This document shows, in pieces, positions 38,556 to 52,212 of a stretch of 64,000 nucleotides of DNA. Positions within the stretch are counted from its first letter, which is position 1, and the number at the start of each line of letters is the position of its first letter. The notes under the pieces are model-generated. The model was not told the origin of the DNA. It did not search any database and was given only the letters and a program-made list of their open reading frames with translations. The DNA comes from Macrostomum lignano. Taxonomy: Eukaryota. The DNA lies in the NCBI GenBank assembly GCA_002269645.1, contig NIVC01002613.1, positions 30,519 to 94,518 on the forward strand, read 5' to 3'. The position numbers and the translations under genes were made by a program.

Positions 38556-39317
38556 AGTTATATCACGGTCAGTCGACGAACCCGTAGAGCAATGGCCTGC
38601 TGTTTACAATGGCCTCAACCTCAACTATTGATGATGCCCAACCAACACTTTTCTGGAGAGCGCTTTTAACATGTCAGGAAGAAGCTCTAAGTGGACTGCA
38701 TGGGTCGACAAACGTGTGAAGAGCAAGACGTACGCTTTGTGTGTTCGATCTTCACGTCTGCTGTCACCGGCTCAGACGCTGTCTTTTTGACTTCTTTGAG
38801 CTGGTGATCAAGTGGCAGAAACAAAATAAGCGCGACAAGCAGCTGCAAGCTGCAAATATACGAGCTGCGTTCCCTACCGGCCTCCGGTTCATTTCCAAGA
38901 AAATCCTGTGTTCCATCGTTCTGCTTCGGCTGTCCATGGTTGAACTATTACAAAGCAAAGCCACAAGTTCGCAAAGACGGCGGTATTGTAAGTTGCAAGA
39001 GTGCGAGGCCAGCCTGACCTAAAAGTGCGCCTCCACTTTAAACGTATGTTTTTTGCCTTCTCTAGCGAGGGCTTCTGCAGTTATTTCGCAGTTAGCCTCA
39101 GCTGGAGATTCTGGCTCTGGAGGCGAATTGCGAAAGAACCTGCCTGTGAGGTCTGCAGAAGCAATTGCGCATGAAAAAGCAACAATTGATTCAATTTTTT
39201 TGCTCTGCTGGGTGAACAGCAAAGACTGCTTGGGTCGCAAGCCATAAATAAGACTTTTTGTGTAGTGCAGCATCGGTAGCATCGTCTATTCGTCTTGCAA
39301 GTCAAGGAACACGAAAG

Positions 39318-40272
39318 GAGGGGCGGCAGAGTGCAACGGAGGGCCAAGGGAGGGGCGGCAGAGTGCAACGGAGGGCCAAGGGAGGGGCGGCAGAGTGCAA
39401 CGGAGGGCCAAGGGAGGGGCTGCAGAGTGCAACGGAGGGCCAAGGGAGGGGCGGCAGAGTGCCATGGAGGCCAAGGGAGGGGCGGCAGAGTGCAATGGAA
39501 GGCCAAGGGAGGGGCGGCAGAGTGCAATGGAAGGCCAAGGGAGGGGCGGCAGAGTGCAACGGACGGCCAAGGGAGGGGCTGCAGAGTGCAACGGAGGGCC
39601 AAGGGAGGGGCGGCAGAGTGCAACGGAGGGCCAAGGGAGGGGCTGCAGAGTGCAACGGAGGGCCAAGGGAGGGGCGGCAGAGTGCCATGGAGGCCAAGGG
39701 AGGGGCGGCAGAGTGCAATGGAAGGCCAAGGGAGGGGCGGCAGAGTGCAATGGAAGGCCAAGGGAGGGGCGGCAGAGTGCAACGGAGGGCCAAGGGAGGG
39801 GCGGCAGAGTGCAACGGAGGGCCAAGGGAGGGGCGGCAGAGTGCAACGGAGGGCCAAGGGAGGGGCGGCAGAGTGCAACGGAGGGCCAAGGGAGGGGCGG
39901 CAGAGTGCAACGGAGGGCCAAGGGAGGGGCGGCAGAGTGCAACGGACGGCCAAGGGAGGGGCTGCAGAGTGCAACGGAGGGCCAAGGGAGGGGCTGCAGA
40001 GTGCAACGGAGGGCCAAGGGAGGGGCGGCAGAGTGCAACGGAGGGCCAAGGGAGGGGCGGCAGAGTGCCATGGAGGCCAAGGGAGGGGCGGCAGAGTGCA
40101 ATGGAAGGCCAAGGGAGGGGCGGCAGAGTGCAACGGAGGGCCAAGGGAGGGGCGGCAGAGTGCAACGGAGGGCCAAGGGAGGGGCGGCAGAGTGCAACGG
40201 AGGGCCAAGGGAGGGGCGGCAGAGTGCAACGGAGGGCCAAGGGAGGGGCGGCAGAGTGCAACGGAGGGCCAA
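39318..40272. repeat. 32-bp G-rich minisatellite (agagtgcaacggagggccaagggaggggcggc) x~30
   Basis: Direct tandem copies. It generates the spurious long ORFs on both strands. Confidence 0.96.
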
Positions 40273-40680
40273 GCAGGTGCTCCATGAAAAAAAATTCAAT
40301 CTGAAGATTAGACAGGTTAAATTCCGCAAGGTACGAGCGAAGATAAGTTTTAAGGTTTTATTAATAATTAATCTGTAGTGTACAAAAGGCATTGAATAAA
40401 TGAATCTTCAATCGCTGAGCGGGAAATTTCCAAGATCTCCATCAGAGAAGCGGTGTTCGCACTTCTAAAAAGACAGGGAAATCTCAACTGCTTCCAGGTT
40501 AACAGTAAGCTATAGAAATTTTTATTTAATTTAACTTCAAAAACGCCTTCAATGACATTTTCAACATGCAGTTCGGGTTGCTTAAATTTTCTCAAAAATC
40601 TCCGGTGTTGTCCCTGGGAAAAAGGAAAAGGCAAGTTGATCCATCAGTGCTTAATCGCGGCATGAACGGCAGAGGCCATC

Positions 40681-42344
40681 TCAGGATTCTGGCAGCTCAC
40701 TGACCTCATCATAGTCAATCTTGAACATCTCCAGCCAGCCCTGGAAGTAAAAGTCCGTGTCGCTGATGCGGCGCTGCCGGAACCAGTCCTGCTCGCCACG
40801 GATCCGCTTCAGCTGGATGTCGCCGTTCAGCGATTGGCCCGTGGCAAAAATCTGCGTGGGCGGGGGTGGCGAAGGGCGCGGCGCTGCTCAGGAAAAGCTG
40901 AGGACATGATGGGCGCATGGGAAACCAAAGTTCGAGATTTCTGTCAAGCCTGATGTCTATGGCCAAACTATCAACTTAGCTGACAAAAGCAACAATGTAG
41001 AGCCACGCAAATTAATCTATGGTCCAACTTGGCCCGGGTCCAGAAACGCAGTCCTAAGCCGCCTTAGGCCATATACTCAGAGAGAGTATTATGATAGAGC
41101 TTGGCTCGGCTCCCGATAAATACGGGTTTGGCCATAGACTGTCAAATTTAATTGGCCGAAGCCATTTAACGATTTCAATGGAATGCGCTGGATTAATCAG
41201 ACAGCAAAGGCCGGCTATGCCGGGGATTACTCAATCAAATAAAATATTCTGGATTAGATGTTATCTGCTGCACATGCATAGTCAAAGAATCTTCGCTTCC
41301 AATTCAACAATTGTATATTGTTAGTAAGGCTTTTTACCATAGACCAGACAAATTCTCATCAAGAATAATTTTATCACAGTTAGAAATAGAAAAGCATTTG
41401 ATTGCTCTAATTTAAATACGCTTCTCTGTTTACTAATAAAATCTAGTAGGGCAAATTAAGCGGGCAAAAATTTTCAATTTCAAATTTCAAATTTCAAAAT
41501 ACACTCAGCAACATTGAAAAGTATTTAGAGTTTCAAAACTGGTTTTTGTCGCCAGACTTGTGCCATAGACGATTGATGATTTCGTCAACACGCACTTGTG
41601 CCATAGACAAAACTTGGGTCATAGACGCCAGACAGGTCGAAGGAAACAGTCACATAGAGCAGACAGCAGTAGCTTACAGGAGTCTAAAATCCACTTTCGC
41701 AACCGAACGCAATGGTTCGCCAAATGACCGACCTCGAACGAGCGCGCGCCATGCTGGACGCTGGGATGTCCATCCGAGCTGTTGCTGGGGAAGTTGTCGC
41801 CCTTGCTCGCGTACTTTGTTTCTTTGCTGTTCCTTTGCTTCGTTCGAATCCGGATTATATATTTGTCGATGGCTCAAAACACGAATATCTACACCCACCA
41901 AAACGTTGACCCTTCGTGCGCTAGGGTGGAAACTTTTCAATGTTGCTGAGTGTATCAAGAAGCATACAGATTTGGGCCATAGACATGTAGTTTTTATGTA
42001 TAATGTTTAATGTTCAAGGTTCAGCTATTTTATAGGACCGACCAATTAACTACTGATTGGGCAGGAGGCTGGGTCAAGCTGAGAAATTGGAATGATGGGG
42101 CACACAACTGATATTTCGGTATCGGTCTCCAAGTCGATGCAAGGCGGCAATGCGCAGAACCTGCTCACCAATTGGCAGTCCTTGCACTCGGCCGCAAATG
42201 AGTAGTCATACTGGCCGTGATCATAGCAGCCGTCCCGCACCATGTGGAACCGAACTCGATCCTCGGATGGGAGCACTTGGTTGCTGGGGGACTTGGCTCA
42301 GCTGCGGCAGCGGCTTTCACGCTGTTCTGGTACTGTCGGTACAT
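40681..42344 (-). CDS. Small unknown protein (~115 aa if repaired); exons 42344-42169 and 40851-40681; apparent 1-bp frameshift at the G5 run 42296-42300
   Basis: GC3-rich segments EDRVRFHMVRDGCYDHGQYDYSFAAECKDCQL|IFATGQSLNGDIQLKRIRGEQDWFRQRRISDTDFYFQGWLEMFKIDYDE join through a phase-0 gtgagc...gcag intron. Adding one base to the homopolymer links them to an upstream ATG (MYRQYQNSVK). The 3' end may instead splice at 40704 or 40700. Confidence 0.6.
41712..41790 (+). mobile_element. Tc1/mariner-like transposase N-terminal HTH relic
   Basis: MVRQMTDLERARAMLDAGMSIRAVA resembles the ER.RAIGML.AGMS.R.VA start of Tc1-type transposases. No DDE domain follows. It is flanked by CCATAGAC motifs (41563, 41601, 41977). 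Confidence 0.5.
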
Positions 42345-42555
42345 TGTGTAGGAGCTGCAGGTCAGAGCGGTGCTGCAGACTCTGGCTGTGAGGCGCAGCG
42401 GGGCTACTTGAGTAGGCTTCAAAAGACTCAACTGCTCTCTCCCGATAGGCAGGCTGTACTCAGGCTCAGCTCTTGAGATGTGCAATGCTGGGCTTTGGGT
42501 ACACCTGTGCGCTCATTCTAACAATAGGAGCTGGCTTTGGGGAGAGCTCTCACTG

Positions 42556-42569
42556 GTTGCCTTGGCAAC
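42556..42569. promoter_or_regulatory. RFX X-box GTTGCCTTGGCAAC
   Basis: Palindromic GTTGCC-nn-GGCAAC, 212 bp upstream of the ATG of the small minus-strand gene. Confidence 0.55.
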
Positions 42570-42641
42570 TAGCCCTCCCCCATGACAAATCATTACTGAA
42601 TTAAAATTCTGGTTGGCTATCGCAGGAACTCCCCAATCCTG

Positions 42642-42875
<234 letters not shown>

Positions 42876-43805
42876 GTTAGGGATTTCGGTTTCACATTTA
42901 CCAGCAATATTGGCTGTCTATGTTAGCTTGGTATCTTCCGGTCTGCAAGTCACTTTAACAGACTTTATTTTTTGTAAAATAGCATTCGGATTCTTCCTTA
43001 CTACTGAACTGAAAGTAGAAAGACTTTTTTACTAAGCAAATATCTAGTTTTTATAGCACAGTTAATCAGATCTTAAACGGACTGGCTCGCAAACACGCAT
43101 TAGTAAATTCTAGATTAGATTAGCTACATCTATCTGTTCGCTCTCTGGTGCAAGGCTCGCTTGAAAAAAAGCCAAAAAAGACATCTGTGCATGTACACTT
43201 CTCTATCTAGCGAAGAGTGCTGTCGCACTAAAAAAACCAGTGCGCAACCCCTTCGCTTCAGTGAATTCTAGGTTTAAAACAGTGACATCAAATCTAAATA
43301 TTTTTGTTGAAGGCTGCTAGCGATTGCACTCTTTGAAGAGTTTTGATGTCTTTGTTTTTCACGTCCCGTCAACCCTCCCAGTCTGCCCTTTATCCTCCAG
43401 TTTCGTCTAACTTGCGTGAAAAATATCAAGGTGTGAAGAACAGTCAGGTGGGGAAAATAAATGGTATAAATTCCCCATTTATACCAGTGCTAGGGCAATA
43501 AATGCTTGAGTGACTTGTTTATTGACCAAGGCGAAGCCTGGAATTGCTACTTTACTGTGTAAGTTTTTCGTTCTTTTCTGCTTCTCACTCTTTGTCTCCT
43601 AGGCCCCGAAAACCCAGGGGTTCGGGCCATAGACACTTGCTGCTGCAGCAAAGCGACTAGTCAGATTCCAATGCTTTTCGAGTACTTTTCTTCCAGTTCT
43701 TGTCGGTTTAGCTCGAGAGCAGCGGAAGCTACTGTCTATGGTCAAAACCACCGGGGCCTTCGCACTGCGGTCAGGCGGCTGGAGTGGCCCATTAAGTAGG
43801 CAATA

Positions 43806-46525
43806 TCTAATATACTAAAAATGAAATGCTTGGTTGCTTGCTTGTAATTGATTTTCTCCCGAACGGCTCAACCGATTTTCTTCAAACTTGCACCATTCGA
43901 TCAGAAATTTTCCCGGGACGGTACATGCATATTGGCTAAGAAATTGCTCAATGTTAAAGGGATTAAATATTCGAAAAACATGCTTTTTTGCAAAGGTCAA
44001 GCCAAATTTTCGACTTGAAATGCATTGTAAGAATGCTAGAGAAAAAACTGACTGACTGAATTCCGATTGTGATAAAGATTGCATCACAACAAGTTGAAAA
44101 CAGTGCCGAAGAAATGCACACACGACTTGGTTAAAATTGCGTAACCATATTGCTAACTTAAATTGAGACTGATACTGGCTGACTGAGAAATTGATTATGT
44201 CATAACTTTTTACTCCAATTGACTTGCTGTAAGAATTGAATTATAAGGGCCACAATTCATGTTCTCCAATTGAAAAGAGATAGCCCTGATGCGAACAGAC
44301 TGGAATGCTAATGTAGCAACCTGGGTTCGAATCTTAGTAGTACAAAAAGATTTTTTTTATTAAAACACCTTAAAAACACAACAAAACTGCTAAACATCAA
44401 AGAGGCGCAATGTCAAACATAGAAGAGCCAACATATCGAACATAAAAGAGTTACCATATCAAACATAGAAGAGCCACCATGTCGAACATTAAAGAGCCAC
44501 CATGTAGAATATTGAAGAGCCACCATGAAGAACATTAAAGAGCCACCATGTCAAACATTTAGAAGGTTCCATGTCAAAGATTTAAGAGCCACCATGTCAA
44601 ACATTTAAGAGCCACCCTGTCAAACATAAAAGAGCCGCCATGTCAAACATAAAAGAGCCACCATGTCAAACATAAAAGAGCCACCATGTCAAACATAAAA
44701 GAGCCACCATGTCGAACATAAAAGAGCCACCATGTCAAACATAAAAGAGCCACCATTTCGAACATTAAAGAGCCACCATTTCGAACATTAAAGAGCCACC
44801 ATTTTGAACATTTAAGAGCCGCCATGTCAAACAATTAGAAGCCACCATGTCAAACATTAAAGAGCCACCATGTCGAACATTTAAGAGCCACCATTTCGAA
44901 CATTAAAGAGCCACCATATCGAACATTAAAGAGCCACCATGTCAAACATTTAAGAGCCACCATGTCAAACATTAAAGAGCCACTTTGTCGAACATTAAAG
45001 AGCCACCATGTCAAACATAAAAGAGCCACCATGTCGAACATAAAAGAGCCACCATGTCAAACATAAAGAACCACCATGTCAAACATTTAGGAGCCACCAT
45101 GTCAAACATTTATGTGACTTTATGTCAAACATTAAAGAGTTACCATTTCAAACCTTAAAAAGCCACTATGTCGAACATTAAAGAGCCACCATGTCTAACA
45201 TAAAAGAGCTATACCATTAAGAACATTAAAGAGCTATACCATTAAGAACATTAAAGAGCCACCATGTGGAACATAAAAGAGCCACCATGTAGAATATTAA
45301 AGAGCCACCATGTCAAACATTTAAGAGCCACCATTTCGAACATTAAAGAGCCACCATGTCGAACATTAAAGAGCCACCATGTCAAACATTAAAGAGCCAC
45401 CATGTCAAACATTAAAGAGCCACTTTGTCGAACATTAAAGAGCCACCATGTCAAACATAAAAGAGCCACCATGTCGAACATAAAAGAGCCACCATGTCAA
45501 ACATAAAGAACCACCATGTCAAACATTTAGGAGCCACCATGTCAAACATTTATGTGACTTTATGTCAAACATTAAAGAGTTACCATTTCAAACCTTAAAA
45601 AGCCACTATGTCGAACATTAAAGAGCCACCATGTCTAACATAAAAGAGCTATACCATTAAGAACATTAAAGAGCCACCATGTGGAACATAAAAGAGCCAC
45701 CATGTAGAATATTAAAGAGCCACCATGTCAAACATTTAAGAGCCACCATTTCGAACATTAAAGAGCCACCATGTCGAACATTAAAGAGCCACCATGTCAA
45801 ACATTTAATAGCCACCATGTCAAACATTAAAGAGCCACTTTGTCGAACATTAAAGAGCCACCATGTCAAACATAAAAGAGCCACCATGTCGAACATAAAA
45901 GAGCCACCATGTCAAACATAAAGAACCACCATGTCAAACATTTAGGAGCCACCATGTCAAACATATATGTGACTTTATGTCAAACATTAAAGAGTTACCA
46001 TTTCAAACCTTAAAAAGCCACTATGTCGAACATTAAAGAGCCACCATGTCTAACATAAAAGAGCTATACCATGAAGAACATTAAAGAGCCACCATGTGGA
46101 ACATAAAAGAGCCACCATGTAGAATATTAAAGAGCCACCATGTCAAACATTTAAGTGCCACCATGTCGAACATTAAAGAGCCACTATGTCAAACATTTAA
46201 GAGCCACCATGTCAAACATATATGTGACTTTATGTCAAACATTAAAGAGCCACCATGTCGAACATTAAAGAGCCACCATGTAAAACATTAAAGAGCCACA
46301 TTGTTAAACATAAAAGAGCCATTATGTCGTACATTAAAGAGCCACCATGTAAAACATTAAAGAGCCGCCATGTCAAAACATAAAAGTGCCATCATGTCAA
46401 ACCAAAAAGACCCACCATGTCTAACAGAAAAGAGCCACCATGTCAAACATAAATCTGGCATGATGTCAAACATTAAAGTGCCACCATATCGAACATTAAA
46501 GAGCCACCATGTCTAACAGTAAAGA
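43806..46525 (+). mobile_element. Non-autonomous Helitron-like copy A (5' core plus 21-bp satellite; 3' end not seen)
   Basis: Starts A|TCTAATATACTAAAAATG, then a short microsatellite and AACGGCTCAACCGATTTTCTTCAAACTT. The ~600-bp core is shared with copies B-D. Confidence 0.7.
44400..46525. repeat. 21-bp satellite (aaagagccaccatgtcaaacat-type) with higher-order blocks
   Basis: About 100 monomers. A marker variant cactttg recurs at 44981, 45421 and 45836. Confidence 0.95.
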
Positions 46526-46729
46526 GTGTATGTGTGAGATAGATTCCAGAAAAAACGGCTCAACCGATTTTCTTCAAACTTGCACCATTCGATCGGAAAT
46601 TTTCCTGGGACGGTACATGCATCCTGGCTAAGAAATTTCTCAATGTTAAAGGGATTAAATATTCGAAAAACATGCTTTTTTGCAAAGGTCAAGCAGCTCT
46701 TCCTATATACTAAAAATGGTCTGTCTGTG

Positions 46730-46762
<33 letters not shown>

Positions 46763-47344
46763 GTGATCGATTAGAGAAAAAATGGCTGGACCGATTTTGT
46801 TCAAACTTGCACTGTTCGATCAGAAATTTTCCCGTGACTGTACATGCATCGCGGCTAAGAAATTGCTCGATGCTAAAGGCATTAAATATTCGAAAAACAT
46901 GCTTTTTTGCAAAGGTCAAGCAAACTTTTCGACTTGAAATGCATTGTAAGAATGCTAGAGAAAAAACTGACTGGTTGAATTCTGGTTCTGAAATAGATTG
47001 CATCATCACTGAATTGTAACTCCGACTTGAATTGAAAATGCAGTGTGGAAGCGTAGCACCAGACTTGATTTAAATTGCGTAACCATATTGTTAACTGATA
47101 CTGACTGACTGAGAAACTGATTATGTCATAACTGCTTCGTGTGATTTACTCTATGCTTGGATTTTAAACTGTTGAATTATATATATATATAAGTGCAAAA
47201 TTTGATGTTATCAAAAAGATGAGAACTAGCCTAGAGGTGAACAAACTGAACTGCTAAATGCAGCGACGATGGTTCGAATTTTCAAAGAGTATAATTTTTT
47301 TAATTAAAGCTTTTCAACGTCAGGAAAACTAAAAGACTTTTTAA

Positions 47345-49005
47345 AAAGAAGCGTCATGTAAAAATCATAGTAGCGTCATGTAAAAAATCGTAGAAGCGTC
47401 ATATAAAAAATTATAGAAGCGTCATATAAAAATCATAGATGCGTCATTTAAAAAATCATAGAAGCATCATATAAAAATCATAGATGCGTCATTTAAAAAA
47501 CCATAGAAGCATCATGTAAACAATTATAGAAGCGTCATTTAAAAAATCATAGAAGCATCATATAAAAATCATAGATGCGTCATTTAAAAAATCATAGAAG
47601 CATCATGTAAACAATCATAGAAGCGTCATTTAAAAAAATCATAGAAGCGTCATATAAAAATCATAGATGCGTCATTTAAAAAATCATGAAAGCGTCATGT
47701 AAACAATCATAAAAGCGTCATGTGAAAATCAGAGAAGCGTCACGTAAAGAATCATAGAAGCGTCATGTAAACAATCATAGAAGCGTCATGTAAACAATCA
47801 TAGAAGCGTCATGTAAAAAATCATAGAAGCGCCATGTAAACAATTATAGAAGCGTCATGTAAAAAAATCATAGAAGCGTCATGTAAACAATCATAGAAGC
47901 GTCATGTAAACAATCATAGAAGCGTCATGTAAACAATCATAGAAGCGTCATGTAAAAAATCGTAGAAGCGTCATTTAAAAAATCATAGAAGCGTCATGCA
48001 AAAATCATAGATGCGTCATTTAAAAAATCATGGAAGCGTCATGTAAACAATCATAGAAGCGTCATGTAAAAAATCATGGAAGCGTCATATAAAAATCATA
48101 GATGCATCATTTAAAAAAATCATAGAAGCGTCATATAAAAAATCATAGAAGCGTCTTGTAAAAATCATAGAAGCGTCATGTAAACAACCATAGAAGCGTC
48201 ATGTAAAAAATCATAGAAGAGTCATGTAAACAATCATAGAAGCGTCATGTAAGCAATCATAGTAGCGTCATGTAAACAATCATAGAAGCGTCATGTAAAC
48301 AATCATAGAAGCGTCATGTAAGCAATCATAAAAGCATCATGTAAACAATCATAGAAGCGTCATGTAAACAATCACAGAAGCGTCATGAAAAAATCATAGA
48401 AGCGTCATGTAAACAATCATAGAAGCGTCATGTAAACAATCATAGAAGCATCATGTAAAAAAATCATAGTAGCGTCATGTAAACAATCATAGAAGCGTCA
48501 TGTAAAGAATCATAGAAGCGTCATGTAAAAAAATCATAGATGCGTCATTTAAAAAATCATAGAAGCATCATGTAAACAATCATAGAAGCGTCATTTAAAA
48601 AAATCATAGAAGCGTCATATAAAAATCATAGATGCGTCATTTAAAAAATCATAGAAGCGTCATGTGAAAATCATAAAAGCGTCATGTGAAAATCATAAAA
48701 GCGTCACGTAAAGAATCATAGAAGCGTCATGTTAACAATCATAGAAGCGTCATGTAAACAATCATAGAAGCGTCATGTAAACAATCATAGAAGCGTCATG
48801 TAAAAAATCATAGAAGCGTCATGTAAACAATCATAGAAGCGTCATGTAAACAATCATAGAAGCGTCATGTAAAAAATCATAGAAGCGTCATGTAAACAAT
48901 CATAGAAGCGTCATGTAAAAAATCATAGAAGCGTCATGTAAAAAATCATAGAAGCGTCATGTAAAAATCGTAGAAGCGTCATTTAAAAATCATAGAAAAT
49001 CATAA
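47345..49005. repeat. ~22-bp AT-rich satellite (atcatagaagcgtcatgtaaaca) carried by copy C
   Basis: About 75 tandem monomers, different from the A/B/D satellite. Confidence 0.95.
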
Positions 49006-49843
49006 AAATCAAAAATTAAATGCAGCTATAATGCTGTGCTGGGGAGAAAGACTGAGACGTAAAGGCTCTCAGAGAATAACTGCTGAGATTACGGGGGGGG
49101 GGTTTCTGAGATGTCAAAGCAAAAGTCAGAAGCTACTTCAAAGTTCATGTACTTTACTCAATTTTTTTATTGCATTCTTTGTTGGCTCGCCACGGGAGGC
49201 GCTTATAGAAGAAGAGTCATGTAAAAAATAAAAGTAGCACTACGAGCGTATGTACGAGCTATACATAAAATAAAAGTCATGTTCAAGTTAAAAGATTCAT
49301 TTGGGAATTGCTACGATGTCAAAGCTTGGTGGAAATCGTTATAGTGCTGTGATTCTTAAAGAAGGAATCACTAAAATGTCAAGGCTTAGGGGAGAAGAAT
49401 TGCTGAGATTTCAAGGCTTTAGGTTGGGTTAAAGTTAGGTTTAGGTCAGGTGTGGGTTGAGGGTTATATTTTATCGGGTTTCAAGGTTAACAGAATAACA
49501 GGGGATTTTTTAGATTTCAAGGTTTATGGAGGCCATCGCTGACATGTTAAGGCTTACGGGGGAATAGCTGAGATGTCAAGGCTCACGGGGTATAAATGAG
49601 ATTTCAAGGCTAAAGTCAGAAGCTACATGTAGTTTATTGAAAACTTTTTATTACATTATTTGATGCCTCCTCAGGGGAGGGATCGCTGATAAAAAAAGCG
49701 TAATGTAAAAAATAAAAGAAGCTTCATGTCGAAGTTAAGAGATTCATTTGGGAATCCCTACGATGTCGAGGCTTGCAGGAAATCGCTATAATGCTGTAGT
49801 AGTGCTATAGTGACTCTTAGAGAGAATTACTGAAATTTCAATG

Positions 49844-49903
49844 TTAGGTTAGGGTTAGGGTTAGGGTTAGGGCTAGGGTTAGGGTTAGGGTTAGGCTAGG
49901 GTT
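49844..49903 (+). repeat. Interstitial telomere-like (TTAGGG)n
   Basis: About 10 TTAGGG/variant units inside copy C. Confidence 0.85.
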
Positions 49904-50519
49904 AGAAGGTTGACAGATATTTTTAGATTTCCAAGGCTTATTGGGGGCATTGCTGAGATGTCAAGGGGGGAAGTTGATATGTCAAAGCTTGTGGGGGGGG
50001 AATTACTGACATGTCAAGGCTTACAAGGTTTGACAGGAGATTTTTTAAGATTTCAAGGATACATGTAGCTTATTAAAAAAACGTGTATTGCATTTATTTG
50101 GCTCCCCAACGGGGGGCGTAGATTGCTAGTTCGACCTAAAATTCATTGTAAGAATGCTAGAGAAAAAACTGACTGGCTGAATTCCGATTGTGATAAAGAT
50201 TGCATCACAGCAAGTTGAAAACAGTGCCGAAGAAATGCACACACGACTTGAATGAAATTGCGTAACCAATATTGCTAACTCAAATTGAGACTGATACTGG
50301 CTGACTGAGAAATTGATTATGTCATAACTGTTTACTCCAATTGACTTGCTGTAAGAATTGAATTATAAGGGCCACAATTCATGTTCTCCAAATGAAAAGA
50401 GATAGCCCAGATGCGAACAGACTGGGATGCTAAAGTAGCGACCTGGGTTCGAATCTTAGTAGTGCAAAAAGATTTTTTTATCAAAACACCTTAAAAACAC
50501 AAAACTGCTAAACATAATA

Positions 50520-51925
50520 GAAGCGGAATGTCAAACATAGAAGAGCCACCATGTCAAACATAAAAGAGCCACCATGCCAAACATAAAATAAGCACTATGT
50601 CAAACATATACGTGACTCCATGTCAACGATTAAAAAGCCACCATGTCAAACATAGAAGAGCCACTATGTCAAAACTAAACGAGCCACCACGTCTAACATT
50701 TAAGAGCCACCATGTCAAATATTTAAGAGCCACCATGTCAAACATATATGTGACTTTATGTCAAACATTTAAGTGTCACCATATCAAACATCAAATAGCC
50801 ACTTTGTCGAACATTAAAGAGCCACCGTGTCAAACATAAAAGAGCCACCATGTTAAACATAGAAGAGCCACCATGTCAAACATAAAATAGCCACCATGTC
50901 AGACATTAAAAAGCCACCGTATCAAACATAAAAGAGCCACCATGTAGAATATTAAAGAGCCACCATAAAGAACATTAAAGAGCCACCGTGTCAAACATTT
51001 GGGAGCCACCATGTCAGACATTAAAAAGCCACCATGTCGAACATAAAAGAGTTACCATGTAGAACATTAAAGAGCCACCATTTCAAACAGTAAAGAGCCA
51101 CCATGTCAAACATTTAGGAGCCACCATGTCAAACATTTAAGAGCCACCATCTCAAACATATATGTGACTTTATGTCAAACTTTCAAGAGCCACCATTTCG
51201 AACATTAAATAGCCACTTTGTCAAACATTAGAGAGCCGCCATGTCAAACATAAAAGAGTCACCAGGTTAAACATAAAAGAGCCACCAGGTTAAACATTAA
51301 AGAGCCACCATGTCAAACAATAAAGAGCCACCATGTCAAACATAAAAGAGCTACCATGTTAAACATTTAAGAGCTACCATGTCAAACATTTAAGAGCTAC
51401 CATGTCAAACATTAAAGAGCCACTATGTCAAAACATGATAGTGCCATCATGTCAAACCTAAAAGAGCCACCATGTCAAACATAAGGAGCCACCAGGTTAA
51501 ACATTAAAGAGCCACCATGTCAAACAATAAAGAGCCACCATGTAAAACATAAAAGAGCCACCATGTCAGACAATAAAAGCCACCGTGTCAAACATAAAAG
51601 AGCCACCAGGTTAAACATTAAAGAGCCACCATGTCAAACAATAAAGAGCCACCATGTTGAACATAAAAGAGCTACCATGTCAAACATTTAAGAGCTACCA
51701 TGTCAAACATTTAAGAGCTACCATGTCAAACATTAAAGAGCCACTATGTCAAAACATAATAGTGCCATCATGTCAAACCTAAAAGAGCCACCATGTCAAA
51801 CATAAAAGAGCCACCATTTCGAACAGTAAAGAGCCACCATGTCAAGTATAAAAGAGCCACCATGTCAACATAAAAGAGCCACCATGTCAAACATTAAAGA
51901 GCCACCATGCCAAACATAAAAGATA
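50520..51925. repeat. 21-bp satellite in copy B
   Basis: Same monomer family as 44400-46525. Confidence 0.95.
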
Positions 51926-52012
51926 CACAATTTCAAACGTAATAGTAAGCGAATTTTAAAGGAGCCACTATAATGCTAAGGAAATTGTCGCACTAGCTAC
52001 TTATTGTCTGGT

Positions 52013-52212
52013 GGATGCTTGCTATTTGGGGGATGCTATCTATCTGGGGATGCTTGCTATCTGGGGGATGCTTGCTATCTGGGGGATGCTTGCTATCTGG
52101 GGGATGCTTGCTATCTGGGGGATGCTTGCTATCTGGGGGATGCTTGCTATCTGGGGGATGCTTGCTATCTGGGGGATGCTTGCTATCTGGGGGATGCTTG
52201 CTATCTGGGGGT
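52013..52212. repeat. 18-bp repeat (gatgcttgctatctgggg) in the subterminal region of copy B
   Basis: About 11 copies. The same repeat occurs in copy D. Confidence 0.95.

Larger units (their letters stand above)
46701..50129 (+). mobile_element. Helitron-like copy C, full-length, nested in B without TSD
   Basis: 5' TCCTATATACTAAAAATG plus (tcta)n. 3' gctccccaacggggggc hairpin, then CTAG (50126-50129). Inserted at T|T with no duplication. Confidence 0.82.

Noticed and set aside
38764-39282. Minus-strand ORFs as further exons of the small unknown gene
   Set aside because: No codon bias, and no phase-compatible acceptor identified.
39081-40392. Six overlapping 330-380 aa ORFs
   Set aside because: All derive from a stop-poor 32-bp minisatellite open in all frames, with no codon bias.
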